Source of the DNA: Lama guanicoe
Lineage: Eukaryota
Reading direction: 5' to 3'
DNA: 64,000 nt
NCBI GenBank assembly: GCA_013239625.1
Contig: MU054391.1
Span: forward strand, 6,593,824-6,657,823
The position numbers and the translations under genes are program-made. Positions within the stretch are counted from its first letter, which is position 1; each line of letters begins with the position of its first letter. The notes under the pieces were generated by a model, which saw only the letters and a list, made by a program, of their open reading frames with translations, searched no databases and was not told where the DNA came from. Below are positions 48,895 to 62,039 of this stretch, in pieces.

Positions 48895-49200
48895 TGCTGC
48901 GGGTTGAATCATGTCCCCCCAAAATATATGCTGAAGTCTTAACCCCAGGTACCTGTGAATATGACCTTATTTGGAAACAGGGTCTTTGCAGATGGATTTA
49001 GTCAGGATGAGTTCTTTGGGGAGAAGGGTAGCAAGGCAAGGAACGCCAAGGATTTCTAGCCGCACCAGAAGCTAAAGGAGACAAGGAAGCATCCTCTCCC
49101 AGAGCCTTCAGAGGGCGCACGGCCCTGCTGGCACCTTGATTTCAGACTTCTAGCCTCCAGAACTGTGAGAGAACAGATTTCTGTTGTTTTAAGCCACCAG
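48895..49200 (+). mobile_element. MLT1B/C-like LTR (internally deleted)
   Basis: 'gggttgaatcatgtccccccaaa...gaccttatttggaaacagggtctttgcagatg...gcctccagaactgtgagagaacagatttctgttgttttaagccacc'. Confidence 0.88.
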
Positions 49201-49339
49201 GGCAGAAAGACGTGATGTCTGCCAGCAAAGTGTGGACCCCGCAGAGGTGCACAACAGTAAGCCCTCTCCAAAGTTACACACCCTGATGTTTCCATCAGAC
49301 AGAATGGTAAGAGTGTAGAGAGCTGCTGGCTTCTCTTTT

Positions 49340-50270
49340 CAAAGAAATAAAAGTGGGCATCACAGCAAGTGAATCAGAAGGAAGCAGGACGGTGGTTATT
49401 ATTTAAAAGAAAATCATGCAATAAAAATCACGATTGAACAATTAAAGTCGCTTTAGGAAACAGGAGAATAATCAAACTGGAAAATAAAATCAGGACAGTA
49501 GTGAGGGAGGGGGGATATTGGAAAAAACAAGAACCAAGGCTGCACACAGAGCAGGTGCATAGAGTCTGAGAGGAAATTTACAATCAGAGACAGTTACCAA
49601 GACAGTGCGTCTCATAAAAATTTTAAGTGACAAGAGGAAAGATAGAATTCGGCAACCACCCAGGCAGAAAAGGCAGGTTACAATGAAAGGATGTGAATCA
49701 TACCTGCATTTGATTTCTTCAATAATTTAACTTCCCAAAGACAAAAGAAATCGATCTGCAAGCCCTAGCTCAGCAGAAAGACATGTGCTCTGAGAATTAG
49801 TCTCCCAAACAAGTTGCCATTCACATCCAAGGCTGCAGGACGATGCTCTCAGACCTGCAGAATGTCCTTATATGGCTGTGTGGATCCGCAGATCAGAGCC
49901 CCCATGGACACCGTTACCTAATATGCACTAAAATAAGCACCACCAGACACGGGGGAAATAAAAGGCTATTTATTAAATGAAGTTAGGTTAATTGCATAGA
50001 GATGTGGAATTTAATTTAGATCTACATCTAACTTTGTGCTCTCAAAATAGGCTCCAGATGCTTCAAGGAGTTAAATAACTTTAAAGACGTAAAATTCGAG
50101 GGAAATGTGCTAAAAATAGATTTGAATATTTCTCTCAACTTCAGAGAGAGGCTAGCTTCTTCAAAATGGAATCAATTGAAGAAATTTCAATGGAAAAGAG
50201 TATTTGACTATCATTGAAAATTGAATCCTTAGTATAGCAAAAGCCAACAAAAATCTAAAACTTAAAACCA
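49340..50270 (+). mobile_element. Old L1/HAL1 ORF1-like relic followed by an L1 ORF2 fragment
   Basis: 'gaaaaggcaggttacaatgaaagga...gatttcttc...gagaattagtctcccaaacaagttgccattca' resembles the ORF1 C-terminal region; 'ggaaataaaaggctatttattaaatga...ctccagatg' is ORF2-like. Confidence 0.5.
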
Positions 50271-50733
50271 TATATGGCGATAACGTGTTAAGTACACTAG
50301 GCACTTACATGCCACCCCATCTCATCTTTGCGGCAGTCCCATGATGAGGTGTGGTTACCTCTGCTTAGCAGGTGACCGGGAGGCTGTATGACTCCCAGCC
50401 TTGTGGGCAGGAGCTGGTAACAACAGTGTTGGAGGGGGTGAGCCCTAGAGACCAGGCTGCTGCTACCACTTCCAGGTGGAGATGCAGAGTGCAGAGGAGG
50501 TGCTGCTCGGAGTTAAGGAAGCATCAGCACCCTGGGCTGGGGCCACGGTCCGAGCTAGCCCAGTGCTTCTGGACCCGGGCTGCTGCTGACCCAGCGCCAC
50601 CACCAGGAGCACGAGAGTTTACACCTTTGCCCACTTTCTGATCTGGCTTCAGGGCCTCCTGCTGGCAGGCTGGAGTTGGAACCCAGGCGAGGGAGCCTGG
50701 GACACGTGATTGATAGGCTTCCAGCCTCATCAG

Positions 50734-51191
50734 TGTGTAGACAGAATGATGTCCCCAAAGGGAGCTACGTCCTCACCCCAGGACCTGTGAATACGCTAGG
50801 CCACGTGGCCAAGGGGAATGCAGGTTGTAGATGAAATGAAGATTTCTACTCAGCTGACTTTAAAACAGGGAGATGACCCTGGCTTATCCAGGTGAGCTCG
50901 TGCTCTTACAAACAGAAGAGAGAATCGAAGACAGAAGCGGAGAGAGGGCGACATCATCAGCTCTGAAGACGGAGGAAGGGCCGTGAGCCAAGCAGGCGGC
51001 CTCTAAAAGCTGCAAGTGGCAGGGAACCAGCTTCTCCCCTCGGCCTCCAGGAAGGGAACGTGCCTTCCCCTGAGCCCACTGAGACCTGTGTTGGACCCCT
51101 AATCTACAGAACAGTAAATAGTAAGTTTGTGTTGCTCTAAGCCACTGAGTCTGTGCTAATTTGTCACAGCGGCCATGGGAAAACAAATGCA
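50734..51191 (+). mobile_element. MLT1D-like LTR, near full length
   Basis: 'tgtgtagacagaatgatgtccccaaag...ggacctgtgaatac...cagctgactttaaaacagggagat...ctaagccactgagt...aaacaaatgca'. Confidence 0.85.
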
Positions 51192-51309
51192 TGTTGCCAT
51201 CTCAGAGGAGCATTCTAAAGGACCTAATCTGTTTCTGCTTGAAAAGAGAAAGCAGTACACCGAGGACTCTGGGTGAACAGAGCTGGGCCTCCCTGTTCTA
51301 GGCACCCAG

Positions 51310-51480
51310 AGCCTCCAAGAAAGGTGCTATTGTTGTCCCTACTTTATAAATTAAGAAACAGAGGCACAGAGAAGTTAAGCTACCCACCTAAAGCCACACA
51401 GCTATTTTGTGGCAGTTCCGGGATTTGAGCCCAGGCAGTATGACTGCAGGGCTGTATTCTCATCCACGACCTAATACTGT
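51310..51480 (-). mobile_element. MIR SINE
   Basis: 'gaaacagaggcacagagaagttaag...gggatttgagcccaggcagtatgact'. Confidence 0.8.
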
Positions 51481-54099
51481 CTCGGGCAGGATGAGCTGGT
51501 TGCAACGTAACTTATGGTAGCAAAATACTGGAAACCATCTTGTTGTCTGACAAGAGGATTAAGTGAAGTACGACGCACAACCCCATAGGGTTTATGGAGG
51601 TTTTCAAAGTGGTATGTCAGAGCAACATGGGGAGATGTTTACAAACAGTGTGATATGAAAATGGTAGAATGCAGGATTATGCTGACCCCACGACCACACT
51701 GTGCCAAAGCCTTAGCAAGACAGACACGAATTACAGAACTTAATAGGCTGGTAGCAATAAGGGGCCAATGTGGCCTTTTGTAGCTCCTTAAGGGGTTCCC
51801 AGCATGGGATGCGGAATAAACAGGGGGAGTTTATTTGTCAGACTGGCTCCACCAGACACCACTTACGCTCTGTCCCATCTCAGCGCTGCCACGCGTCTCC
51901 TGTAAAATGGAAGTAAACACCCCTGGGCTCCCAGGCTGCTCTGACAGTCACATCAGAGGATATCTGCAAAGCTGTGGCTCCCCTTCCTCTCCCTGACTTT
52001 TGCATTAATACAAGTTTTAAACAATATAACGGGTTTTTTTTAAGACACTTGAATGCTCGGGTCTATTTGGGGTCACAAAATGTTTGAAGACAACTTACTG
52101 TGGAGCAGGAGTGAAGTGGACTCAGCCCCCATGACAGCTGGCCGGCCGTCTTCAACTTGATGGAAAGGTCACGAAGTTCACGTGTTCAAAGCGCACACCT
52201 GGATGTGTTAGACGTGTGTGTGCTTCTGAGACCATCACCCATCAGTAGTTTCCAGGCCCCTTTGTCACCCCTCCCCTCCTCATCCCTGTCCCCAGGGCAG
52301 CCACCTGTCTGCTGGACTCTCTGTCAAACTGGTAGTTTCTAATCATCATCTCTGATTTCTTGCTGGTGATGGCGGCCGTCAGAGTTTCTACCCTTGTTTA
52401 TAGTGAAATAGTGCCATTAAGCTCTGACGGGAGATGCAATTTCAGCCACCATTTGAGTGCATATTTATAGCTGAGCCCTAATTAAATAACTGTCAGGAGA
52501 CTACCTTTGTAAATCTCTCTTCAGGTGTGATGTGTACTTGAATAACCAGTCAACAGGTGAGCAGGTCTAACTGTTCTCCAACTGTCTCTTGACAGATATT
52601 AGACATCCAGGTGGCGCCCGTGGAGTTTATTCAATGTCACCAACACTGGCTTAGATGATGGATGTCCCTGCTGCCTGGTGCAGGAACCCTGGTTTCTGAT
52701 TCTGCCTCTCTCCTTCCTCCTCCCCTCCTGCTGTGACTCCCCAGCCCCTGCCCCCCAACTCCTTTTCCTCCATTTAAATGCCGCTCTGGTTCTGTCCTGC
52801 TGGTTCGGCTCTGTGAGGGTTCCGTCCCAACTGCCGCCCTTCAGGGCACGTTCTTACAACAACCCCGAGCGAGGCTGCCTCCCTGGCAGCTGTTGCTGTG
52901 ACTGGAATGACTCCCAGAGAGGCCTGTTCTGTTCTTGCCTGGTTTACTGGAGGCCAGGTTGGGTGGGAGGTGGGGATGTAATGCAGACAGGACCTATTGA
53001 GTCTGGGACATCAGATACCAAATTGTGCCTAAAACCACATGGCAATTTCATTACCTTAAAACAAACTTAGGAAAATAGAAATAATGGGCATCGGCCTTGG
53101 CCTTGGTTCGTCTGTTACAAAGCAATCAGTCCATTGTGGGCCCTTGGGACCGGAACCAAGCAGAATCTGAGCCTGGAACTGAGACTCAGACAGAGCAAGA
53201 TGGTTTAAAGTGTGTGTGCGTGGCTGGTGGGGAGGCGGGAGCCCCTCTCGTTATGCGCGGATCGGACGGTGCTGACCGGGCTGGTTCGCAGGGATGCTCT
53301 TAGCCTGGGCTGGGTCACAGGCTGTCCCAGCCTCTTCCATGGGTCCTAAGAATCAAATTAAATAGCGCAAGTGAAGCAACTCAGCATTGAGGAATAAACC
53401 AGGCTCTCAGTAAATGCTCCCTGCTCTCCTCATATAATACTGAAATTCTGTTTACTCTTCAGAATTGGAGGCTTAAAAAAATTTTCTGAAACTTGATAGA
53501 TGTGCTGTAGAATAATTCTCAGACAGTAGACAGCTCCCAGACATCGGTGAAAGTTGCGACTGTGCAGTGATGGCGGATAGCCTGTGACACCCACCCAGAC
53601 CCCAGGGAAGTCATGGCCACTGGACTTCCGCAGGGACTGTAAGGCACTAGTTATGAATCTGGAAGGAGGCGTCCAAGCCAGGAACAGAAGCACACAGTGC
53701 CCCACCGTAAACTCTGCGCAGTACAACGTGGGGTGGGCATAAACTACCTGCCAGCGCCAGGACTGAAAAACAAGGGGACATGTGCCTAAGTGGTTTGTTT
53801 TCCCAGACCTGAAACTAAGTCTCCATGGAAAAAGCATCTCATAAACCAGTCACTTGGAATTCTACTTCACTTCAGAGATTTACCGACTGTCTTATCAACT
53901 TGGATACTCGAAGTGATTTCTAAAATAATCAAATAGAAATCTAAATGCCTGTTTTACATTACTTTTTACGAGTATTGGGGAAAACCAGATGGCTTGTAGG
54001 AACAACGGATTCTGCAACTATCCTTTTATTCTTGTAAAAAAGTGAATTACAAGTATCCATGGATATTTTGGCTCAGAAGCTCAAGCTTTCCCGTGGTAA

Positions 54100-54345
54100 T
54101 TAGAGCGTGTGACACTGGCACATGGATGGAAAACTCCAGGGAAGAGAATAGCAAATCTAGAAACAGACCTGCATATTATCTATTTAGCATATGATAAAGG
54201 TGATTCCTTCAAATCCGTAGGAAAAAGACAGACTACTCAACAGACAGTATTGTTCCAACTGGCTATCCACTTAGCAAAAATGGAGATGGTGCCCTGTCTC
54301 ACATCTCACACATCAATTCTGGGTGCCTTAAATATCTAAACATGT
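54100..54345 (+). mobile_element. Old L1 ORF2 fragment
   Basis: ORF 54109 'KRIANLETDLHIIYLAYDKG...GK' resembles L1 ORF2 'NRIESPEIDPHIY..LIFDKG...WGK'. Confidence 0.7.
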
Positions 54346-57300
54346 CTTTGGATCTGGAAGGAAATTTAATAATCTTTAAAAAAGGAAAAAAAGCCAAAGC
54401 ACCCCAGGTAAGGGTTCACAAGGAGGTTTCTCTGCTTTCAAAGCCTGCGTCTCCTTGACTTTTCCCCCCCGCAGGCCTCCACATTTTGCGGTGACAAGTT
54501 AAATCATTTCGGTTCTTTCACCGGTTCCCCTCCTCACCACTGCCACCCACTCTAAGCCAGATACCAAGAGGGAAGAGAGGAAATAGAAATTACTAAGACC
54601 TTTGGCAAGAAAGCAACTTCCAGCCCACCTTTTCCTAACTAGTCAATGTCAGTTCCTTCCTTGGAACATGTCAGTATATTCTGGACGAAAGGAAGTAGGA
54701 GGAAGAACAACATGGTTGTACCAAAATGAGAAAACATCTCAGATGCACCTGTGAGATGGAGGCTAATGATAAATGCTAGTTACGGAGAAATAATAGAAGC
54801 CACGCACATTACAAAGGCTGCGAGGAGGAGTAAGTATTGATTGGGAAGACGAGTGGGAAATAAACGGGAGCAGCAGATGAAAGGCAAACTTGCACGAAGG
54901 CAGAGGGTAGAGGGGGAAGGATGTAAGTGTTTTTTTCCAATTAAGACTCAGAAAAAATAATCAACACCCAAAAACATACCCAACAGATAACAAAGACTCA
55001 AAATAGAACAAGCAAAACAAGAGTCAAAAGAAAATTCAAAGGAAATCAGATCATATGAATGAACAAGTGTTTAATGGGCTCCAAGTACTTTGAATTTGTA
55101 ATTGAGCCTCTGCCAGGCCGCCCTGAATCCCTACAGAGGGAAAAGACAAACCTTTGAAAAACGAGCAGGCTTGCCCACGGTCACATAGTCAATCAACAAA
55201 GGAGCTGGGACACAGACCCAGCACTTCTGTCTTCAGATACCGGACTATTTCTGTGGCTTCACAGATACTTCGCTCAAAATTAAAAGCAAGGAGAAGTGAA
55301 GTTAGGAATAGAAGGTAGAACCTCAGAGGACCCAGAAGGATTCGAAGAATCTCCAGACCCCGTCCAAGGTACAACCGAAGGCTAATTCTGAGAATTTAGT
55401 ACTTGAAGCAAATATTATGTATTGGCTGGCATGCTTCCTGTTTCTAAAAGCAAAATTTTATGCCAAAAGACTTGTAATTCAAGCCCATACAAGCAAGTAT
55501 CCATGAGTGCCCTCTGCTCCATCCAGGAAAACATCCACCTCCCTCATCCCAGACGAGGCAGCATCTCTGAGGCACCACACCCCAAAGTGACAGACATTTC
55601 AAATGAGGGCACTTATAAAAGCAAAGAGCCTCAGCATTTATTTTTAACAGACTTTCAAGTGGCATTCTCAGGACTGAACGTTTCTTCTTTTTAACCATGC
55701 TGCCCCCAATCCATCTTCAGAAGGCAGGCAGGCAGGAAGGTCCTGCAGAGAGAGCTTGCTTATGGGCACCAGAGGGCCGGCCACTGTCTGATTGGGTCCA
55801 GGCTGTCTCTCTACAACCACGGCACCCTGTGGTTTCCGACCAAATCGCAAAGTTCTAGGGTTGAGAGCAATTTCCAAAATCAGAGAAAAACTCGTTCAGA
55901 GGACTGCATTTTAGCTAAGCCTGCAGGTCAAAGCAATCAGACTCTGTCAAGATAGACCGAGACTTCCAAGCTGGGCAATGCTAAGAAGTCCTGCAGGGCT
56001 CTGGATGGCGCAGCTGGGACTGTGGGGGCAAGAACTGGATTTAGAGTTAGACTTAACTGGGGCACAAACTCCAGCCTCATACTTGCCAGCATGGCGCTCT
56101 TAGGATGTTCACCTACCTGTCTGAGACTCGGTGTTCTTCCAGGTGAAATAATACCAGGCTGGCCTCCCAGCTGGAAAAGAACCCAGGAAAAGCAAAAGGC
56201 ATATAATAGATGCTCAGTGTCACTCCCGTAGGGTGGGCTTCGGAGTCTGACAGCTCTGCGGCTCATCTTTGCTTGGTTCCTCTCATGCTGTGCAGCTCTG
56301 GTCGAGGTCCTGACCTCTCTGGACCTCAGTGCTCCCCTCTGTGATAATAGGGCCAATAATCTCCAGCTCACTAGGCCCCTAGGACCTGAGTTGGGGGGAG
56401 TGTCTCTGTGTTCTGATGAGCAGCGTGTACCACGTGTGGAGAAGCGAATCAGCGTGGACCGGTTCTACTTTCCTCCATAATCTCGCACCAACCGTACTGG
56501 GTCAGATCTCCTTTCCCAGTAGTGGGCAGCTCCCCTCATTACAGCCTAACCGAATCTCATAACTTTTCAGCCACTCTCAGTGGTCGGAAAAGTCCACTAA
56601 AAGGACTAAATCCTGCCCATTTTAAACTTGGTGTCTCACCTAAGCCTCATCCCCGCCCAAGCTGGCCATAGGATCTCCTGCAGAGAAGACTTGGGAGGCA
56701 GGTCCCGTGGGGTTCCTCCACCACTGACCCCCCACCTGCCTTCTCCAGCCCACCTCTCTGGGATGGAAAGGGGTGGGGACAGACGGACAGAGGGCTGGGA
56801 CCTCTCTGCAGTCTCTCTGGCCCACCCTGAATGCTCAGCATTACCCCCGGGCCCCTGACTCTCCGTCCAGTGCTCCTTCCACAGCCGCGCCCCTTGACCC
56901 CCAGCCTTGCACCATTCTCTGCCAGAGAGTGTCAGAAGGTACCCGGGCCACGCGCCCCCATAAGGGACATAAGGTCTCAGAATCAATGAAGCCATTTTCC
57001 CCGTCATGGATATGGGATCCACACATTTAAACTGGTATCTTTCTAATCAGCTTAAGGGCTTTTTCTTTTAATATAGCAGCTGAGAGGCAAAATCAGGTCC
57101 CACTTCAAGTGCTACTAAAATCTGCTGTGTGGGTAGCTCTCCGAAGTGGAAATGAGGCACCCTTAACAGCCACCCACACAACAGCCTAATTTTCACTCGA
57201 GTCGTTATTGGGAAAAAAAAAAAAAAAGAAGAAAAGGGGACTCAAAACCACCAGCAACTTTGAAATGAACTTTTGAAAATCCCCAGTGATGGCATAGGGC

Positions 57301-59884
57301 CTCATCCAAGAGGTCCGAGCACAGAGCCCAGAGCGGGGTGGGGGCTGCACACCAGCTTTGGGAGGGTCAAGTTCTTGCACCTGGCATGTCCTGCCATCCA
57401 CACTGCACTTTGGTCACTATTCTCAGGACAATTGTGTGCATGGCCAGACGTGAGCCCGCGTTTACACCCAACCCTGGAAACATGGTTGTAAACACATCAT
57501 TCATAAGGTAGCGTGGGGGTCCTGGAGGAGGCATGGGTCCATCCTCCCAGAAGTAAGGGAAGCTTGCTTCCTTCCCCAGCCCCACCACAGCTTTCCTTCT
57601 GGGGGCCTCCATCTTCTCCTGCCTGTGCCACTGGGGCAGTGGCAAGCTGGTCTTCCCGCCTCCAGTGGGTCCTGCCAGGCTCGGCTCCCCATGCTCGGCT
57701 GTGGTTGCTCTCAAATAGAAATCAGACTCCCCAGCCTGGCATCAGGTCACTGAGAAGACCTCCCGAGCTGGCCCTTCTCCCTCCCCTGACCCCGCTCAGG
57801 GCCTCTGGTCATCCTGGGCCCTCCCAGGGATGACTTCTGGGCTTCTGGGATGTAGAATTAGAAACATGCTTTGTAAACACTGCAGGCTGTGCCGAGTGAC
57901 AAAGGAGAGAAATGAACAACCAGTATGAATCAAAAGGAATCTTCCCCCAAAGCTTTGCAAATGTTTAACTACGATTCCACACCCTCTCTGACTGATGAGC
58001 TGACCTCAGAGTCAGAGAAGTTTCCAGAGCAGGCTATGAGGGGGTGGCAGAAAAGAGCTCACATGCCAGGTGAGCCGTGAGTGACCCCAAGCTGGGTGCT
58101 GCCCTCAGCACTCAGACGGGGTAAGGCAGACACACAGACCCACAGAGACAGAGAGGAGCCAGCTGTCTGCCCAACACACGTCGGAAGCATCCGTGCCTCC
58201 TGCCGGACCACGTGCCCACCTGAAGGGTCTCAGCTTTATCGCCTCTGCACTGCTGTGCTAGCCAGAGAGGTTCTGTTTACACGTCCTCACATTTCAAGAG
58301 GCCAAGTTTTGAAAGAGAACAGCTGCTTTTTATTCTTTATCATCCACAGAGTGCTTGGATCTGTGAGAGAAAGAGTTAGGAAGGGAGAGGGAGACGACAG
58401 AGTGAGAGAAAAAAAAATATTCGCACTTGGTTAAAAAAACTAAGCAACCAAGAATGATATTTTAAAAAAAATTAATTGTCCCTTGTCTCTTCCCACCACC
58501 TCGTCTTGTTTCCCCTGCTAATATACAAGTATTTCTGTTTTGCAGTTTGACTCCCCACTCTCTAGATGAAATCTGTAGCTCACACTCTCTCCTACCTCTC
58601 TCATCGTCCAGAATTTTCTTAGTTATAACAGTAGTTTTCGTTGGGTTAATTTAGTATATTTAACTCAGAAATCTCTATCGCTTGTTTTAACAACTATATA
58701 CAGTATTTCTTCATTTTCTATTATGTAAGATAAAGGAAATATTTTTTCTACACCACCCTCACCTCTCTATCTCCCCAGGCTCCTGTTTTGTCACATTCAT
58801 CATTACTTTGAATTTACCAGGTCTTATAACATTAATATTTTGTTCTGTATCTATAATTAACTCCTGCATCAACAACTTAATTGCCTCTAGGTTAATTTTA
58901 AAAATTAAAGTCAATGGAGTTGGTAATATTATAATTATTCAAATATTATTTTCTGTAAAGAAGGGTGATTTGGTCCACAGAGAAGGAAACATAATTTCGT
59001 GTTATTGGAAGCTTCCCCCCGCCCCCATGAGATGGTGGTACCTCTGGGAAGCCTGCATCCTTGGGTCCTCCCCATCCCACACATCAAGTTCATGTTGTCC
59101 CATGTCTGTGTGGCCGTCACTGTCTTCTGAAAGGAATCAAGGAAGCTGATAACATGGGTCGAATCTGATACTTTAAATGATTAATATTCCACAGCTGCCA
59201 GCCGCAATGGGCTCAGTCCTCTGTGGATCCCTGAGGTCAGCTGGACTCAGGCCCACATCTTGGTGCCAGGGAGTCTACGCTGTCAGGTACAAGCGCAGAT
59301 ACGACTCTGTATCGTCAGCTAACTCGCCCCTGCCCAGCGCTGCCTGCTGCTTCCTCTCGTGTCGCATTCTGGCAGGAGATTCCTGAGATGGCAACACAAA
59401 GTGGCTCATATTTTCCCTTTTAATTCATCCCATGAGTTAAAGAATGTTGACTGTCATGTACAGCCTGGAATGCGTCAAGTGGAGGTGGCAGGATTGATGT
59501 CTGTACATGACGATTCTTGTGTATAATTTTTCGTGTTGGAGGAGGAGGGTCTTCTGTACCCACAGATCACGCGGCTCCAGTATCTGCCGCAACTTTCTTG
59601 TGCAGCTTTTCATTTTTCTTGGGTTTCTAATTCTTTTTTATTGTTGAGAGAAAAATACCTGTATTTCTTTGTTGTGTCATTAGGATCTTCCTGGTTCTTT
59701 ATCAGAGAACTTGCTGACCAGAAACTACTTTATTCTAAGTCATTCTTCCTTCATCTCACCTTTCCTTTCCTGTTTTCCAGGCTCACTGGAAAGCTGTGCT
59801 CCCAACATTTATTTCCCTCGTATACCTGAATTAGGTCCGGTTTCCTGGAGCTCATGCTTTGTCTTCAACAGCTTTCTTTTTCTA

Positions 59885-60048
59885 AAAAATTTATTGTTTA
59901 ATTGAAGTGTGGTTGATTTACAATGTTAATTTCAGGTATACAGCAAAGTTCAGTTATACATTTTTTCCAGATACTTTTCCATTACAGCTGATTATAAGAA
60001 ACTGAATATAGTTCCATGTGCTGTACAGTAGGTCCTTATTGTTTATGT
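59885..60048 (-). mobile_element. Short L1 3' tail
   Basis: 'aattgaagtgtggttgatttacaatgtt...tgaatatagttccatgtgctgtacagtaggtcctt'; degenerate TSD aacagctttctttt / aatagatctctttt. Confidence 0.8.
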
Positions 60049-60302
60049 AATAGATCTCTTTTAATTTTGCTCAAATTCATCCTTATGCAGCTGTGTGTCT
60101 GTATGTGTCTGTGTTTCTTTTAATGTACAGGAGATAAACTGTTCCCGCTCCTTCCGTGTAAGAAAATGTCTTCATTTTCCCATAAGCTTCAGGATAGTTT
60201 GGCTGGATAGAGAATTCTGATTTCAGAATTTTTTGAAACGAAAGTTTTGACTGAGACCCAAAGAAAAGAGACACCACATTCCAAAGGGAAGGGAAAGACT
60301 GC

Positions 60303-60800
60303 TGTATGTGTTTCCAATTGCTGCTGTCATAACTCACCACAAACTAGCAACTTAAAACAACCCAGATTTATTACCTTAAAGTTCTGGGGTCAAAAGTCCA
60401 AGATCGGTCTTGCTGGGCCAACACCGAGGGCTGTGCTCCCTCTGGAGGCTCCAGGGAGAAGCTGTTTCCTTGCCTCTGCCAGTTGCTAGAGGCTGTCTGC
60501 AATCCCTGGCTCGTGGCGCCTTCTTTCTTCAAATCGGCAGTGGCAGCGTTCTGACCTCTGCTTCACTCACATCCTCCTCTCTGGCTGACCCTCCAGCCTC
60601 CCTTTTCCCTTATGAGGACTCATGTGATTATATTGGACTCACCCAGATAATCAAGTATAATCTCCCCATCTAGAAATTCTTAATCTCATCTGCAAAGCCC
60701 CTTTTGCCACAGAAGGTGACACAGTCACAGGTCCTGGGAATTGGGACATGGGCACCTTTGAGGGGAGTGGGGCTGGCAGCTGCATTATTTCTGCTCACCA
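60303..60800 (-). mobile_element. MLT1C/D-like LTR
   Basis: 'tgtatgtgtttccaattgctgctgtcataactcaccacaaact...cccagataatcaagtataatctcccc...catctgcaaagcccctttt gcc...gtcctgggaattgggacatgg'. Confidence 0.85.
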
Positions 60801-62039
60801 GGGTCACCATACAAGACTTCAAAAGGGAGATAGGAAAACAGGGTTCTGTGAGCTTTAAACCCCTCACCCATATGCCCGCACAGGGAGAGTATAAAGAGTC
60901 AGCGGTTGGAGAAGTGAGGGGATGTTTAGAGTTCCTGGTGTGTTTAGAGTCCTCCCTCCGCCCAAAGTAAAGAGAGAGACTAAACTCAAAGAACTTATCT
61001 TCTGCAATCTGGGGGGACATAGTGATCCCCACTTGGAAACTCAAAAGATCAAGAGGGCCAGCTGCTGTGACACGGAGCCAAGGAGAATTTACCCGGGGCA
61101 GCTCTGTTCTCAGAGGTTTGGGGAGCCAAAGGGTGTATCTGTTGGATGACTTGGGGGCCATGCTCCAAAGGGCAGGTGTGAGATTATCACTGGTCCATGG
61201 AGTGACCTGGAGGCATGGACAGATGGCTGGGTCTGAGGGAGGTGGAGAGACCAGCGGGATAAGGGTGTGTTCAGCCTCCGAAAGAGAATTTCAGGTAAGA
61301 GACCCCAGCAGCGGGGATGGGGGTTGGGGGCCAGTCTCAGCAGAGCTCACAAAAATGAGCACCAGCGAGACACATCCCATTAAACACTTGCCCAAACCAA
61401 ACTAATTAAGACCTATCGAGCCAGGTAAGACTCTTCTTTACTTCTAGGATCTTCCCCCCTCCCCCTGCTCGGGCCCTGGCAGGTGAGAAACTGAAGGCAA
61501 GAAGACAGGAAGGGTCTGCCCTTCTCCTACCCGGGTGGCCCTGCAGACCTGAGCTGGAAGAGGAGAAACGAGACAAACCAATTACTAGTCGGAGAACTTT
61601 TAGCCTTGAAAAAAGAGCCAGAAAAAACCCACAGGCTTTGCACTTCATTCAATCAAGTAACAAAACACCCAGCCCTGCAGAATGAATTTAAGAGGAGGAT
61701 GTGCGACTCTGTGATGACTTCCTGTCAATCACTGTCGTTCAGCCTAACAGTTACATGGTAGGTGTTGCTGCAGTGTCTTCCAGCATCCAGGGCTTCTCTG
61801 GGGAAATCTGAGCCCAGTCTTAATTCTTGTTCTTTTGTGGTATAAACATTTGTGTGTTTTTCTCTCAGAACAATTTAAAGAGCTCTCCTTTTTCTGTGAT
61901 GTTCAGATTCTCACAAAGATGTATGTGGATGTGGGTCTCTTGTGGAATAGTGTTAAAGAGCATAGGATACAGAATCTAAATGAACAACAAAGTGAAGAAG
62001 ATGGCCCAGCCAAGAACTGATTCTTTCATCAGCACCCTT

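Larger units (their letters stand above)
58500..61945 (-). mobile_element. Scattered HAL1/L1ME-like pieces (~58500-58920, ~60100-60250, ~61760-61945)
   Basis: 'gaaaatgtcttcattttccc...ggatagtttggctggatagagaattct' and 'gaaatctgagcccagtcttaattcttgttcttttgt' are antisense ORF1-region motifs; intervening DNA is other sequence. Confidence 0.5.

Noticed and set aside
50522..50543. REST/RE1-like site atcagcaccctgggctggggc
   Set aside because: The right half-site deviates from GGACAG at key positions; other matches in the window are half-sites only
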